A DNA stretch of 64,000 nucleotides from an uncultured delta proteobacterium (GCA_963782055.1 CAWAIF010000002.1:384001-448000); one strand, 5' to 3'. Positions 30,311-41,433 are shown, counted from the stretch's first letter. Program-made: numbers and translations. The notes: a model not told the origin generated them from the letters alone.

Positions 30311-31267
30311 GTGCGCCTCACCCGCTTCGCCCGCTACTCCTGGGCCGTGCTGGCCTACACCCTCGCGGTGATCCTGTGGGGCGCCTACGTCCGCGCCAGC
30401 TTCTCCGGGGACGGCTGCGGAGCGCACTGGCCACTGTGCCAGGGCGTGGTCGTGCCGCACGCGCCGCACGTCAAGACGCTGGTGGAGCTCAGTCACCGCG
30501 CGTCCAGCGGGCTCATCCTGGGCTTCACCCTGGTGATGATGGTCTGGTCCTTCTTCGCGTATCCCCGCGGGAGCCAGGTCCGCCGCTTCGCGACGCTGTC
30601 CTTCGTCTTCACGATGAGCGAGGCGGTCATCGGCGCGGTCCTCGTGCTCTACCGCCTCGTCTCGCACGACAAGTCGATGATGCGCGCGCTGTCGATGGCG
30701 ATGCACCTCGTCAACACCTTCGTGCTGCTCGCGTGCCTGGTGCTCACCGCATTCCTCGCGTCGGGCGCCGCCGCGCTGCGCCTGCGGCGGCAGGGGTGGG
30801 TCTCGGCGCTGCTCGGCCTCGCGCTCGCGGGCATGCTGCTGCTCGGCACCAGCGGCGCGGTCACCGCCCTCGGCGACACGCTCTTCCCGTCGCGCTCCCT
30901 GGCGGAGGGCATGGCGCAGGACCTCTCGCTCACCGCGCACGTGTTCGTTCGCCTGCGCGTCCTTCACCCCTTCATCGCCGTCGCGGTGGGCGTGCTCTTG
31001 CTCGGCCTGGCGACCTTCGTCCCGACGGTGCGTCCCTCGCCGCGTGTGCGGCTCTTCGCCCGCGCGCTGACGATCGCCTTCTTCACGCAGGTCGGCCTGG
31101 GCGTCCTCAACATGGTGCTGCTCGCGCCCATCTGGTTGCAGCTCACGCACCTGCTGGTGGCCGACGCGGTGTGGCTCGCGCTGGTGCTGCTGTCGGCGTC
31201 TGCGCTGGCGGACGAGCAGCCGCAGGCCGCGCCCGCCGCCACCTCGGCCGCGCCTTCCCATTCGTGA
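30311..31267 (+). CDS. ctaA: Heme A synthase (COX15/CtaA family)
   Basis: GAYVRASFSGDGCGAHWPLC, ELSHR, about eight TM segments with conserved His. Confidence 0.85.
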   Translation: MRLTRFARYSWAVLAYTLAVILWGAYVRASFSGDGCGAHWPLCQGVVVPHAPHVKTLVELSHRASSGLILGFTLVMMVWSFFAYPRGSQVRRFATLSFVFTMSEAVIGAVLVLYRLVSHDKSMMRALSMAMHLVNTFVLLACLVLTAFLASGAAALRLRRQGWVSALLGLALAGMLLLGTSGAVTALGDTLFPSRSLAEGMAQDLSLTAHVFVRLRVLHPFIAVAVGVLLLGLATFVPTVRPSPRVRLFARALTIAFFTQVGLGVLNMVLLAPIWLQLTHLLVADAVWLALVLLSASALADEQPQAAPAATSAAPSHS

Positions 31268-31302
31268 CGAGGACGCGCATCCTTCCGGGCGGAGGACGAG
31301 CA

Positions 31303-31911
31303 ATGCGAGGCAAGACGGCGTGGCTTCTCGCGTGGATGGTCTGCGGGTCGGCGTGCGGCGGCACCGTCTTCTCGCCCAGCGACGGCGGCACGAAGGACGC
31401 GGGCGGCAGTGACGGCGGCGCCTCCCCCGATGGCGCCACCGGCGCGTCGTGCGGCGGCACGTCCGCGGCGTGCCCGGCCGGGCAGTACTGCGACGTGGGC
31501 GGCATCTGCTCCTTCTTGGTGGAGCACCGGGGGACGTGCACGCCGCGCCCCTCCGGCTGCTCGCTCCTGTATGCGCCGACATGCGCGTGTGACGGCAAGG
31601 TCTACGAGAGCCCGTGCGTGGCGCACGCCGCGGGTGTGGACATCGATGACAAGGGCGGATGCTCCAGCGGCCCGGACGGCTACGTCAGCTGCGGCTCGGG
31701 CTACTGCGACACGAAGGTGTCCTACTGCGAGCGGATCACCAACGACGCCGTCGACCCGAATCACCCGGTCCTGTACCAGTACGCATGCCAGCCGCTCCCG
31801 CCGTCGTGCCAGGGCAAGCAGGACTGCGCGTGCTTCCCGTCGCAGACGCCGTGCGTCGACGCGTGCCAGGCCGTCGCCCCGGGCTTCGTGCTCACGTGCC
31901 CGGGCGGCTGA
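31303..31911 (+). CDS. Cys-rich lipoprotein with Kazal-like motif
   Basis: CSLLYAPTCACDGKVYESPC. Confidence 0.72.
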   Translation: MRGKTAWLLAWMVCGSACGGTVFSPSDGGTKDAGGSDGGASPDGATGASCGGTSAACPAGQYCDVGGICSFLVEHRGTCTPRPSGCSLLYAPTCACDGKVYESPCVAHAAGVDIDDKGGCSSGPDGYVSCGSGYCDTKVSYCERITNDAVDPNHPVLYQYACQPLPPSCQGKQDCACFPSQTPCVDACQAVAPGFVLTCPGG

Positions 31912-31926
31912 CCGCCGCGCCGCCCG

Positions 31927-32727
31927 TCACCCCATCATCTCGAGGAACGGCCCGGCGCCGATGAGCGAGGTGCCGCCGTCGACGAGGAGCGTGGCGCCCG
32001 TGACGTAGGCAGCGGCCGGAGAGACGAGGTAGGTCACCGCCTCGCACACCTCGAAGATGGATCCCCAGCGCTGCAGGGGCACCCGCTTCTTCAGGTCGCT
32101 CTCGGCGCCAGGCGGCGAGAGGCGCGCCATCCCCTCGGTGCCCTCGATGGGGCCGGGCGCGACCGCGTTGACGCGCACACCGAAGCGGCCCCACTCGAGG
32201 GCGAGGTCGCGCGTGAGCTTCTCGATGCCGGCCTTGGCGGCGCCGGCGTGCGCCTGCAGCGGGGTGGGGACCTCCGCTTGCGTCGCGGTGATGTTGACGA
32301 TGCACCCGCGCGAGCCGGACAGATGGGCGAAGGCGGCGCGCGAGGCGTTGAAGGTGCCGCACAGGTCGATCTCGATGACCGACCGGAAGCCGTTGGCGCT
32401 GAGCGAGGCCGCCGGCGAGAGGAAGTTGCCCGCGGCGCTGTTGACGAGCACGTCCAGGCTGCCGTGGGCGGCCGCCGCGTCATCGATGGCCTTCTGCAGG
32501 GCGTCGAAATCGCGCACGTCCGCGGGGTGGGTGCTCGCCGTGCCGCCGGCCGCGCGGATCTCCGCCGCGACGGCGTCGAGCTTCTCGGCGCGCCGGCCGA
32601 GGAGCGCGACCCTGGCGCCCTGCTCGGCGAGCCGCCCGGCGATGCCGGCGCCGATACCGCTGCCCCCGCCGGTGACGAAGGCGACCTTGCCCCGCAAAAG
32701 ACCCGTGACGAAGACGCTCGAGCTCAT
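31927..32727 (-). CDS. SDR oxidoreductase, 2,4-dienoyl-CoA reductase-like
   Basis: TGGGSGIG, NSAAGNF, HAGAAKAG, APGPIEGTEG. Confidence 0.88.
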   Translation of the reverse strand: MSSSVFVTGLLRGKVAFVTGGGSGIGAGIAGRLAEQGARVALLGRRAEKLDAVAAEIRAAGGTASTHPADVRDFDALQKAIDDAAAAHGSLDVLVNSAAGNFLSPAASLSANGFRSVIEIDLCGTFNASRAAFAHLSGSRGCIVNITATQAEVPTPLQAHAGAAKAGIEKLTRDLALEWGRFGVRVNAVAPGPIEGTEGMARLSPPGAESDLKKRVPLQRWGSIFEVCEAVTYLVSPAAAYVTGATLLVDGGTSLIGAGPFLEMMG

Positions 32728-32805
32728 GCCCGTGGACCTAACGCGCCTTGGTCGACGAGGAAAGCGCGAACCCTTCCGCGGCCCGGATGGGTCTAACCTC
32801 GGACC

Positions 32806-33300
32806 ATGCTTGCCCGCACCATCCTGGCCCTCTTCTTCGCCGCCCTCGCCGTCTGCAACGTCACCGGCTGCGATCACCACGCCGGAAAGGACGAGGTGGC
32901 GTCGGGTGGGGGGTCGGACGGGCCGCCGGTGCCGTGGACGTCGTCCGACGTGGTGGAGCCGGCGGACCTCGCGAAGGAGATCGGTGGCGCCAGCGGGCCC
33001 ATCGTCATCCACGTCGGGCCGGAGGTGCTCTTCCACCGCGAGCACGTTCCGGGCGCGACGCACGCCGGCGAGGCCAGCACCGACGAGGGGCTCGCCAAGC
33101 TGGAGGCGGTCGCCAGGACGTTGCCGAAGGACCGCGACGTGGTCGTCTACTGCGGCTGCTGTCCGCGCAGCGACTGCCCCAACATCCGGCCGGCCTACAA
33201 GAAGCTCAAGGAGCTCGGCCTGCGTGTGAAGGTGCTGGACCTGCCGACCAACTTCCGGACCGACTGGACGAAGAAGGGCCTGCCCGTCGACAAGGGGTGA
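32806..33300 (+). CDS. Rhodanese-like lipoprotein
   Basis: HVPGA and YCGCCP..CPNIRPA. Confidence 0.8.
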   Translation: MLARTILALFFAALAVCNVTGCDHHAGKDEVASGGGSDGPPVPWTSSDVVEPADLAKEIGGASGPIVIHVGPEVLFHREHVPGATHAGEASTDEGLAKLEAVARTLPKDRDVVVYCGCCPRSDCPNIRPAYKKLKELGLRVKVLDLPTNFRTDWTKKGLPVDKG

Positions 33301-33397
33301 GCCAGAGCCCGCGGCGGCGGCCGATCGTTCGCCGGCAAGCGATCGCCGGGCTCAGGCGGAGCGCGCTGGAGGGCGGCGTCCACCGCGGCGCCCGGAG

Positions 33398-33826
33398 TCA
33401 GGGCGACGACGACGGCGCCTCGCGCACGCGGAACACCTTCCGCCAGAGGGGATAGCTCCAGCCCAGGAAGACCAGGTGCGTGGTGGCGAGCCGGACGGCC
33501 CAGTAGGCGCCGGCGGTCTGCGGGAAGGTGCGCAGCACGAAGTCGTAGAGCATCGCGTTGAGCGCCAGCGCCACGAGCTCGACGGCGAGGTACCCGACCG
33601 CCTGATGGGTCAGGGAGCCCCCGCGCGCGCGGAAGGCGAAGTGGCGGTTTCCCAGAAAGTTCGCGACGCCCCCCGCGACCAGCGCGGGGAAGCTCGCGAG
33701 GCGCGCGTCCATGTGCAGCAGCGAGACGCATGCCGCGAGGACGCCCACATCGACCGCCGTGGCGACGATTCCGGCGGCGCCCGCGCGGAGCGCCTGGAGA
33801 GCTTCGCGTGACCACGAGCGGACCAT
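33398..33826 (-). CDS. GtrA-family membrane protein
   Basis: Four TM segments, NFLGNRHFAF. Confidence 0.8.
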   Translation of the reverse strand: MVRSWSREALQALRAGAAGIVATAVDVGVLAACVSLLHMDARLASFPALVAGGVANFLGNRHFAFRARGGSLTHQAVGYLAVELVALALNAMLYDFVLRTFPQTAGAYWAVRLATTHLVFLGWSYPLWRKVFRVREAPSSSP

Positions 33827-34124
33827 GTGCACCTTGGTCTGCAACCTGGAGACCAGCCCGGACCTTCCCGTATCGACGTGCCGATGCGGCGACTTCCCGG
33901 CGAGATGCCCGCGAAACCCGCTGCGCGCGTCCGCGCACGGTACACACCCCAGGCCAGCTGGCCCGTCCAGCCGGTCTGGTTCCCGATCGTTGGCAGGCGT
34001 ACGCTCCCGACGCTCCTGCCCGCACCCGAAAGAGCCACCCCCGCCGCCCGGCGGCCATGGGCCCGGCGCTCACCCCGGCGGAGCGCGTGATCGATGGCCG
34101 GCTAACGATCGACCGCCGCCGGCC

Positions 34125-34421
34125 TCAATGCGGGGGCTTCCCCGCCCGCTCGTCCTGCTCCGCGACCTCCGCCAGGCCCGCGAGCGCTGCCAGCGGCAAC
34201 GGGTGGAAGGGGGGCCGCGGCGTGAAGGGCAGCGCGGCCTTGCCGCCCCGCTCGGCCAGCAGGCGCGCGCAGAGGGCGACGCACGATTTTCCCTGACACC
34301 AGCCCGTCCCGAACCCTGTGTAGCGCTTGAGCGACTCGAGGTCGTCGTGGCCACGGGCGATGGCCTCCTCCAGCTCGTGGAGGGTCACGTCCTCGCAGCG
34401 GCAGACGAGCGCCTTGCTCAC
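34125..34421 (-). CDS. BFD-like (2Fe-2S)-binding protein
   Basis: [27 protein letters not shown]; start overlaps the queD stop. Confidence 0.82.
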   Translation of the reverse strand: MSKALVCRCEDVTLHELEEAIARGHDDLESLKRYTGFGTGWCQGKSCVALCARLLAERGGKAALPFTPRPPFHPLPLAALAGLAEVAEQDERAGKPPH

Positions 34422-34798
34422 GCGGTCTGCCCCCGGTACTCGCAGCGGGCCTCGCAGGTCTCGAACACGGTGATCTGGTCGAGAGCGGGCAGAGGCACTA
34501 CCAGCCGCTCCCAGAGCCAGCGGGCGAGGATCTCGCTCGTGGGGTTCTCCAGCCCCTCCACGTCGTTCAGGTAGTGGTGATCGAGCACTTCGTGGAGCGG
34601 CTGCCAGGCATCGTAGAGCTCGTTGAAGTCGATGAACCACCCGGTCTCGGGGTTGACCGGCCCCGCCACGGCGATCTCCACCCGGAAGGAGTGGCCATGC
34701 AGCCGCGCGCACTTGTGCCCGGCGGGCACGTGCGGCAGGCGGTGAGCGGCTTCGAAGCGGAATTCGTGGACGAGACGGACGTGCTGCGCGGCGGGCAT
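34418..34798 (-). CDS. queD: 6-carboxy-5,6,7,8-tetrahydropterin synthase
   Basis: [25 protein letters not shown]. Confidence 0.92.
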   Translation of the reverse strand: MPAAQHVRLVHEFRFEAAHRLPHVPAGHKCARLHGHSFRVEIAVAGPVNPETGWFIDFNELYDAWQPLHEVLDHHYLNDVEGLENPTSEILARWLWERLVVPLPALDQITVFETCEARCEYRGQTA

Positions 34799-34866
34799 CG
34801 CGGCGAGATGCTAGCAGAAAGCGCGGTGTCGGGTTCGCCGTGAGGCGGCGGGTGTAGACTCGGCGG

Positions 34867-36465
34867 ATGCGCCTCCTTGCCGCCGTTGCCGCCACCGGGC
34901 TCGCCCTCCTCGCCGTCACCGCCGCCTGCGGCTCGGACGATGTCTCCGGCGCTCCGGACGCAGGCGTGGACGCGCCCGCCGACACGGGCGGCCCCGCCTG
35001 CACGGGGAATCAGACGGACTGCGGTGGGACGTGCGCCGAGCTCTCCACCGACGTGCGCAACTGCGGCTCATGCGGTCACGCGTGCCAGGGGGGCGACCTC
35101 TGCTGCGGTGGCGTCTGCGTGAAGTCGTCGGGGTGCGATTTCGCCGTGACGGGCCTCCAGCCGTATCGAGGCAACCAGAGCGGCGGCGACTACGTGACGC
35201 TCACCGGCGCGGGCTTCACCTCCGACATGGCGGTCTACATCGCCGACGGCCGCGCCCCCGTGCTCGTCAAGAGCCCGACGAGCGCGGTCATCCAGACGCC
35301 GCCCGGGCCGGTGGGCACCGACGACATCACCCTGGTCAGCACCAAGGGAACGTCGGTGAGCCGCGGCGTGTTCCAGTACGTGAGCGCGGGCCTGGTCCTG
35401 CCCTGGCAGAAGAAGCCGATGGCCGAGGTGCGCGGCGAGCACCCGGGTATCGCGGTGCTGCAGGACGGCCGTGTGCTCATCGCGGGCGGCACCACCGACC
35501 CCGACGTCGCCGCGAACGCCCTGAAGTCGGCGGAGCTCTACACGCGGAAGACGGACGTGGTCACCCCGGCGAAGGGCGACATGAGCGTCCCGCGCTGGCG
35601 CGACGCGGCCACCACGCTGCTCGACGGCCGCGCGCTCGTCGTGGGGGGCGCCGTGTGCAACGGCACCGACTGTGAGACGGCCGATGTCTTCGACCCGGCG
35701 ACGGACACCTTCACCGCGTCGAAGAGCCTGATGAGCGAGTCGCGTCAGTTCGTGTGGGCGGTGCTCATGGTGGACGGCCGCGTGATGATCACCTCGGGCG
35801 GCTCGGCCACCGCCGAGATCTACGATCCCGTCGCCGACACCTTCTCCACGGTCCCGCTGAAGGTGACGCACCAGTTCGGCCAGCGCATCGTGCGCCTGCG
35901 CGATGGCCGCGTGATGATCATGGGCGGCGACGGGTGCTCCGGCGCCTGCGGCCCGGCGCAGAAGGACGCCGAGATCTACGACCTGAAGACGGGCCAGTTC
36001 GCCTCCGCCGCACCGATGAACCAGGGGCGCTCGCAGTTCACCGCGCACGTGCTGCCGGATGGCCGCGTCATGGTCTTCGGCGGTTCGAGCAGCTCGGCGG
36101 GCGGCGTCAACGCGCCGATGGACTCCATCGAGGCGTACGACCCCAAGGCGGACACGTGGACGGTGATGCCGTACAAGCTCAGCGTCGGCCGCACGTGGCA
36201 GGCGAGCGCGCTGGTGCGGGACGGCACCATCCTGGTGATGGGCGGGTATACCCAGCAGGGCTCCTGCGCGCCCGCCGACACCGTGGATCAGGTCGACCCG
36301 GTCAAGGGCACGGTGACCCCCTTCGGCACGCTCCCGGACCCCAACACGGAGTGGAACGCCGTCACCCTGCTCGACGGTTCGGTCCTCGGCGTCGGCGGGG
36401 GCGCTTGCGGCGCCAACGCCCTGCCCGACCTGGACTTCCTCCCCGGCCAGCCCCTCCCCAACTGA
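34867..36465 (+). CDS. Lipoprotein with Cys-rich repeat, IPT/TIG domain and Kelch repeats
   Basis: Repeated LxDGRVLxxGG..AExYDP. Confidence 0.85.
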   Translation: MRLLAAVAATGLALLAVTAACGSDDVSGAPDAGVDAPADTGGPACTGNQTDCGGTCAELSTDVRNCGSCGHACQGGDLCCGGVCVKSSGCDFAVTGLQPYRGNQSGGDYVTLTGAGFTSDMAVYIADGRAPVLVKSPTSAVIQTPPGPVGTDDITLVSTKGTSVSRGVFQYVSAGLVLPWQKKPMAEVRGEHPGIAVLQDGRVLIAGGTTDPDVAANALKSAELYTRKTDVVTPAKGDMSVPRWRDAATTLLDGRALVVGGAVCNGTDCETADVFDPATDTFTASKSLMSESRQFVWAVLMVDGRVMITSGGSATAEIYDPVADTFSTVPLKVTHQFGQRIVRLRDGRVMIMGGDGCSGACGPAQKDAEIYDLKTGQFASAAPMNQGRSQFTAHVLPDGRVMVFGGSSSSAGGVNAPMDSIEAYDPKADTWTVMPYKLSVGRTWQASALVRDGTILVMGGYTQQGSCAPADTVDQVDPVKGTVTPFGTLPDPNTEWNAVTLLDGSVLGVGGGACGANALPDLDFLPGQPLPN

Positions 36466-36526
36466 TCGAGTTGCACAGGAAGCCGCGTTCGGCTATCAGT
36501 TCGCGCCCAGCCTCCGGAGCCCTCCC

Positions 36527-36658
36527 ATGTTCATCATGCTCTCCAAGAAGCCGCGCAAGGCCGACCGCAACCGCAGCTCTCGTTTCCGCGCCAAGTTGAA
36601 GGCGAAGAACGCGCGGCGGCGGCGTCAGCTCCACACCTGGAAGGCGTCCAAGCTCTGA
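36527..36658 (+). CDS. Small basic 43-aa protein (MFIMLSKKPRKADRNRSSRFRAKLKAKNARRRRQLHTWKASKL)
   Basis: Below the ORF-track cutoff; GGAG RBS; GC3-biased codons. Confidence 0.6.
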   Translation: MFIMLSKKPRKADRNRSSRFRAKLKAKNARRRRQLHTWKASKL

Positions 36659-36772
36659 CGAGCCAGCCGGCCTGAGCGGGCCGGCGGTTCCGGTCCGCGT
36701 GACGTCGGCGCGGCGCGCTGCGTCATGCCCACGCCTTGCACGCGCCCCGGCCGTGCGCGATGCTTCGCGTCC

Positions 36773-37615
36773 ATGCGCTCCTTCGTGGCCGTCCTCCTGG
36801 CAGGCACCGTGCTCGCCGCCGCAGCCTCCATGGCGGCGTGTTCTTCCTCGCCCGACACGACCGCGGCGCCCGACGGCGGCGACGACGCGGCGGTGGATGT
36901 CGCGACGGACACGGCTCAGCCTCCCGACGAGCCCGCGGTGACCTACCACGTCGGGGGCACCGTCCTCGACTTCCAGGACGCCGGCTACGCGACCGCGCAG
37001 GTCACCGTGTGCGCCTCGCTCTGCGTCTACGCCACGGTGGACGACGCCGGGGCCTTCACCGCCACGGTGCCCGCGGGCGACGGCTACCACGTCAAGGCGA
37101 CCGGCACGCCGGGTGATGGCCGCACCGCCTCGGCCCTGGAGCAGCCGATCGGGACGCTCGACAAGGACGTGACGCTCGCCGCGCCCCTCTACCTGCCGGA
37201 GACGGGCGCCGGCACGGTGGTCAGCTCGGCGCAGACGGTCGACCTCGGCGACGTCACGCTCGCCGTCGATCCGGCGACGCTCTCCCTGCCCTTTGGCGTC
37301 ACCACCGCGTACGCAGCCGCGATCGCGGTCCCGGCGGACAAGCAGCCGGGGCTCACGCCTGACGGCAAGGTCGCCGGCAAGACGATCCTCGGCATGTGGG
37401 CGCTCAACCCGTACGGCACCACGAGCAGCACGCCGATGGCCGTGACGTTCAAGAACACGTTCGGGCTCTCGCCGTCGGACCCGGTCACCGTCTATACGAT
37501 GGACGACAACAACGCGCAGCTCGTCGACCCCAGCGACGGCACCGTCTCGGGCGACGGGCAGACAATCACCGGCGCCACGGTGAAGCGCATGACATGGATC
37601 GTCCTCGCCCACTAG
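36773..37615 (+). CDS. Hypothetical lipoprotein
   Basis: Lipobox MAAC, beta-rich. Confidence 0.7.
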   Translation: MRSFVAVLLAGTVLAAAASMAACSSSPDTTAAPDGGDDAAVDVATDTAQPPDEPAVTYHVGGTVLDFQDAGYATAQVTVCASLCVYATVDDAGAFTATVPAGDGYHVKATGTPGDGRTASALEQPIGTLDKDVTLAAPLYLPETGAGTVVSSAQTVDLGDVTLAVDPATLSLPFGVTTAYAAAIAVPADKQPGLTPDGKVAGKTILGMWALNPYGTTSSTPMAVTFKNTFGLSPSDPVTVYTMDDNNAQLVDPSDGTVSGDGQTITGATVKRMTWIVLAH

Positions 37616-37681
37616 CGCGCGGCCGCGGCCGTCAGACACCGCCTGGCCTCGAGCGTCCGGTGGCGGTCTGCTCGGCGCGGC

Positions 37682-38293
37682 TCACTCGATCATCGGTGCG
37701 GGCCACTCGAACGGGTCGCCGGACGCCCGGCGCCGCTCGATGCGCCTGTTCGCCGCGACCCTGTCCACCAGGTCGAGCCAGGTCCACCCCGACTCGTACG
37801 GATCGCCCTCCGCGGCGTGCAGGGTCGCGAAGTCGCCGAAGGTGTTGCGCAGGCGGCTGTGCAGCCGCGACAGCCACCGTCGGGCGCGGCCGCACGCCTT
37901 CGGGTGGGGCCAGTGGTGCGGGTCCGGCGTGAGCGCCGAGTCCGTCGTCAGGTCGATGAGCCCCGTGCGCACCAGGCTGCGGAACGCTCGCGAGACGCGA
38001 CGGCGCCCCTCCGGCGTGAGCTGCACGTCCACCTGCCGCATGTCCTCGAGCGGCGGCAGCCGCTCCACCAGGCCGATGCCCTGGAGCGACGTCACCATCT
38101 TGCTGATGGTCGACCGCGCCACCCCCAGCGCCTTGCGCAGGTCGCTCTGGTAACAGAAGTGGTGCGGCACCCGAAACAGCGCATACAGCAGGTCGAAGCG
38201 CGCCGGGGTGAGCCCGAAGCGAGCGAGAAGCCGGCGCGTCACACGCAGCGTCGCGTAGTAAGCGCGCTTGGTCCCAAAGAAGAGCGGTGTCAT
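37682..38293 (-). CDS. MarR-like winged-helix protein, copy 1
   Basis: GLTPARFDLL, QSDLRKALGVARSTISKMV, VQLTPEGR. Confidence 0.8.
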   Translation of the reverse strand: MTPLFFGTKRAYYATLRVTRRLLARFGLTPARFDLLYALFRVPHHFCYQSDLRKALGVARSTISKMVTSLQGIGLVERLPPLEDMRQVDVQLTPEGRRRVSRAFRSLVRTGLIDLTTDSALTPDPHHWPHPKACGRARRWLSRLHSRLRNTFGDFATLHAAEGDPYESGWTWLDLVDRVAANRRIERRRASGDPFEWPAPMIE

Positions 38294-38484
38294 GCCTCCA
38301 CTCCTCAGCACCCCCCATGCCAGCCCCCCCTCCCACGCGCTCCCCAGAAAACAGGGCGCTCGTTTGCCGGCGAACAATCCACGGGTGTCCCCGGACAGAA
38401 AAGGGGTGTCCGGGGACAGGTGGACGGGTAGCGCTTCGTCCCCAGGGGGCGGCGAGGGTGAGGGCGGCCGGGAGGCGCGTCCCC

Positions 38485-39075
38485 CTAGCTCTGGCCCTTG
38501 CGCAGCTCCGTCAGCACCAGCTTGGCCACGGCCTTGAGGGTGTCGAACACCCCCACGCCGGTCCGCGCGACCGCCTCGAACTCCGGCTGGTTGGTCGGGT
38601 TGAGCAGACCGCGCAGCTCCTCGACGCTCGCGACGTTGGGCAGGTCGCGCTTGTTGTACTGCATGACGTACGGGAGCTTGTCGAGCGCGTAGCCTTGCTC
38701 GGCGAGGTTGGTGCGCAGGTTCTCCACGCTCTCGATGTTCGCCTCGGTGCGCTCGATCTGCGAGTCGGCCACGAAGATGACGCCGTCGACGCCCTTCAGG
38801 ATGAGCTTGCGGCTGGCGTCGTAGAAGACCTGGCCGGGCACCGTGTAGAGGTGGAAGCGCGTCTTGAAGCCACGGATCTCGCCGAGCGACAGCGGCAGGA
38901 AGTCGAAGAACAGCGTGCGCTCCGTCTCCGTGGCGAGGCTGATCATCTTGCCCTTCGCCTCCGGGTTGGTGCGCTCGTAGATGTACTGGAGGTTGGTCGT
39001 CTTCCCGCAGAGGCCGGGGCCGTAGTAGACCAACTTGCAGTTGATCTCGCGGGCCATGTAGTTGATGAAGCTCAT
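38485..39075 (-). CDS. mglA: Gliding-motility GTPase MglA
   Basis: [35 protein letters not shown]. Confidence 0.97.
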   Translation of the reverse strand: MSFINYMAREINCKLVYYGPGLCGKTTNLQYIYERTNPEAKGKMISLATETERTLFFDFLPLSLGEIRGFKTRFHLYTVPGQVFYDASRKLILKGVDGVIFVADSQIERTEANIESVENLRTNLAEQGYALDKLPYVMQYNKRDLPNVASVEELRGLLNPTNQPEFEAVARTGVGVFDTLKAVAKLVLTELRKGQS

Positions 39076-39091
39076 CGCGCGCCCGCTCCGT

Positions 39092-39574
39092 TCAGTCGTT
39101 GAACAGGTTGTCGATGTCTTCGTCCGTGATTTCGGCGAAGGGTGAGTCCGCCCCCGGTTCCGCTACCTTCTTCAAGAGCGACTCGAAGATGTGGTTCAGC
39201 TCTTCGGTCGCCTTCTTCACGCGCAGCCGGACGAGGCCCAGGCTGGAGCGCGAATCGAAGATGACGACCAGGATGACGCGGTTGCCGACGAGCTGGATGT
39301 GGATGTTGGCCTTCTCGCCCTCGTGGAACTGGGTGGCGAACTCGTTCTCCTTGAGGAGCTTGGCCATGCCGCCGGTGGCGGCGATGTTGCCGGCCGTCAG
39401 GGAGGCCAGGCTCGTCGTGTCCACGTTGTCGATGTCGCCGGCGGCCGCGATGAGCTGCCCGTTCTTGTCGACGATGAAGACGACCTTGGCGTTCGCGTCG
39501 CGAACCAGACGGTCGACGACCGCCTGGATCTGATTGAACTCCTCCTCGTACATCACCATCTGGGGATTGACCAT
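39092..39574 (-). CDS. mglB: Roadblock/LC7 protein MglB
   Basis: [31 protein letters not shown]; upstream of mglA. Confidence 0.96.
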   Translation of the reverse strand: MVNPQMVMYEEEFNQIQAVVDRLVRDANAKVVFIVDKNGQLIAAAGDIDNVDTTSLASLTAGNIAATGGMAKLLKENEFATQFHEGEKANIHIQLVGNRVILVVIFDSRSSLGLVRLRVKKATEELNHIFESLLKKVAEPGADSPFAEITDEDIDNLFND

Positions 39575-39755
39575 CCGAAGCCTCCACGCCTGCCGAGGCG
39601 CCGGTCCAGGCGGCCTCGACGGGTCCGGCGCTCGAAGCGAGGCTGGGGACCCTTAGGCAGACTTCGGTTCTATCCGAGCGCCGGCATACAGTCCAGGGGT
39701 ACGCTCCGGCGAGCCCGGCCGTGGCGTCGCGGAAAAGACAGCGGTTTCCAGCCCG

Positions 39756-41156
39756 TCAGCGGGCGAACCCCTCCACCGCGTCGAACAGGACGCGCAGCCC
39801 CCAGTGCAACCCGTCCACCGGCACCCGCTCGTCGTGCCCGTGGTACATCCGCGAGAAGCTCACGTCGTGCGTGGGGTCGAACCGGACGGGCGCGAACCCG
39901 TAGCACTTGGAGCCGAGCCGCGCGTAGGCCTTGGCGTCGGTGAACCCCGGGATGACGAAGGGGATGGGCAGCCCCAGCGGGTCGTGCTCCAGCAGCGTTC
40001 GCGAGAGGTGCGCGAACATGGGGGTCTTCTCGGAGACCTCCACCGGCGGAAGCGATCGCATCACCTCCAGCCGTGCGTCGGGCCCCAGCACCTCCCGCAG
40101 CTCGGCGAGGAAGCTGGCGTCGGTCTGGCCGGGCAAGGTGCGGCCGTCGATCTCCACCGAGGCACGGCCCGGGATCACGTTCACCTTGTTGCCCGCGCGC
40201 AGCACCGTGGGCGTCGCGGTGTTGGAGAGCAGCGCGTTGAAGGTGCGCTTCTGGCCCGGGTCGCGCACCAGGTAGTCGACGATGAGGGCCGCCACCTGGG
40301 GCGTGGTGAGCCGCCGGAGCACGGCGCGCTGCGGGCGCGGCAGCTCCCGCGCCATCGCCCCGACGAACTTGCCGACCGCCTCCGTCGGGTGCTGCGGGAG
40401 CCGCCGCCGGCCGAGCTTCTTCACCGCGGCGGCGAGGCGGAGCACGGCGCTGTCCGGGTTGGGCATGGAGCCGTGGCCCGGCTCACCCTCGTAGGTGGCG
40501 CGCACCCAGCACACGCCCTTCTCCGCGGTCTGGATGGGGTAGAAGGTGCGGCCGAAGAGGACGGTGGAGAAGGCGCCAATCTCCCCTAGCGTGTACTCTG
40601 CACGCACCTCGTCGGGGTGCTGGTCGACGAGGAACATGCTGCCGTGGGTGCAGGCGGCCTCCTCGTCGGCCACGCCCGCGAAGATGACGTCGCGGGAGAG
40701 CTTGCCCTTGCCGACGCGCTCGGCGAGCAGGCGCAGCACGCACGCGCTCATCGCCGCCATGTGCTTCATGTCGATGGCGCCGCGGCCCCACACGTAGCCG
40801 TCGTGGATCTCCCCGGAGAAGGGCGGGTGCCGCCACTTCGACGCGTCCGCCTCCACCACGTCCAGGTGCGCGTTGAGGAGGATGGGGGGCTTCTCGCCCG
40901 TGCCCTTCAGCCGCGCCACCACGCTGCTGCGGCGGTTCCCGGGCTCCAGCAGCTTCGGCTCCAGGCCGCCCTCGCGCAGGAACTCCGCCAGGCGCTCGGC
41001 CGCGGGGCGCTCGTTGCCGTCGCCCTCGTCGTTGGTGCCCCGGTTGACCGTCGGGATGCGGAGCAGGTCCTGCAGCAGCGCGACGCAGCGCTCGCCCTCG
41101 GCCTTCCAGTCGATGCCTGCGCGCGCGGCCGTCGTCATCTCGGGCAGGGTCTCCAC
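39756..41156 (-). CDS. M20/M25/M40-family metallopeptidase
   Basis: HLDVV, GRGAIDMK, ADEE, GHGS, HGHDER. Confidence 0.9.
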   Translation of the reverse strand: METLPEMTTAARAGIDWKAEGERCVALLQDLLRIPTVNRGTNDEGDGNERPAAERLAEFLREGGLEPKLLEPGNRRSSVVARLKGTGEKPPILLNAHLDVVEADASKWRHPPFSGEIHDGYVWGRGAIDMKHMAAMSACVLRLLAERVGKGKLSRDVIFAGVADEEAACTHGSMFLVDQHPDEVRAEYTLGEIGAFSTVLFGRTFYPIQTAEKGVCWVRATYEGEPGHGSMPNPDSAVLRLAAAVKKLGRRRLPQHPTEAVGKFVGAMARELPRPQRAVLRRLTTPQVAALIVDYLVRDPGQKRTFNALLSNTATPTVLRAGNKVNVIPGRASVEIDGRTLPGQTDASFLAELREVLGPDARLEVMRSLPPVEVSEKTPMFAHLSRTLLEHDPLGLPIPFVIPGFTDAKAYARLGSKCYGFAPVRFDPTHDVSFSRMYHGHDERVPVDGLHWGLRVLFDAVEGFAR

Positions 41157-41270
41157 GCCACCTCTATAGCCTGGTGGGGCCGCCGCGGACATCCCCGGAG
41201 GAGGGCGGTTTGCCGCGGCAAGCCCCCCCAGGCGGGCGGGCCCCCCATCGAGCGTCGCCTCTGCTGCGGT

Positions 41271-41433
41271 GATCGTTCGCCTGCAAACGGTCCTCCGTCA
41301 CCTCCCGGCTGCAGGGCTGTTTCCATCGCCGCTCCGCCTGGATCGTTCGCCCGCCAACGAGCCGGCATGGCTGCCCTTCGCCAGGGCCCCCCCGTCGCTA
41401 CCCCGTACAGCGATCGTTCGCCCGCCAACGCTC
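41271..41433. repeat. Three copies of a 22-bp imperfect palindrome at 70-71 bp period
   Basis: GATCGTTCGCC(T/C)GC(A/C)AACG at 41271, 41341, 41412. Confidence 0.8.

Noticed and set aside
34125..34798. queD and folE as a 7-deazaguanine DNA-modification (dpd) system
   Set aside because: The genes are 25 kb apart with no dpdA/tgt, queC or queE nearby; ordinary queuosine/pterin metabolism suffices.
41271..41433. CRISPR array
   Set aside because: Only three non-identical repeats, no cas genes, and the motif occurs singly elsewhere.
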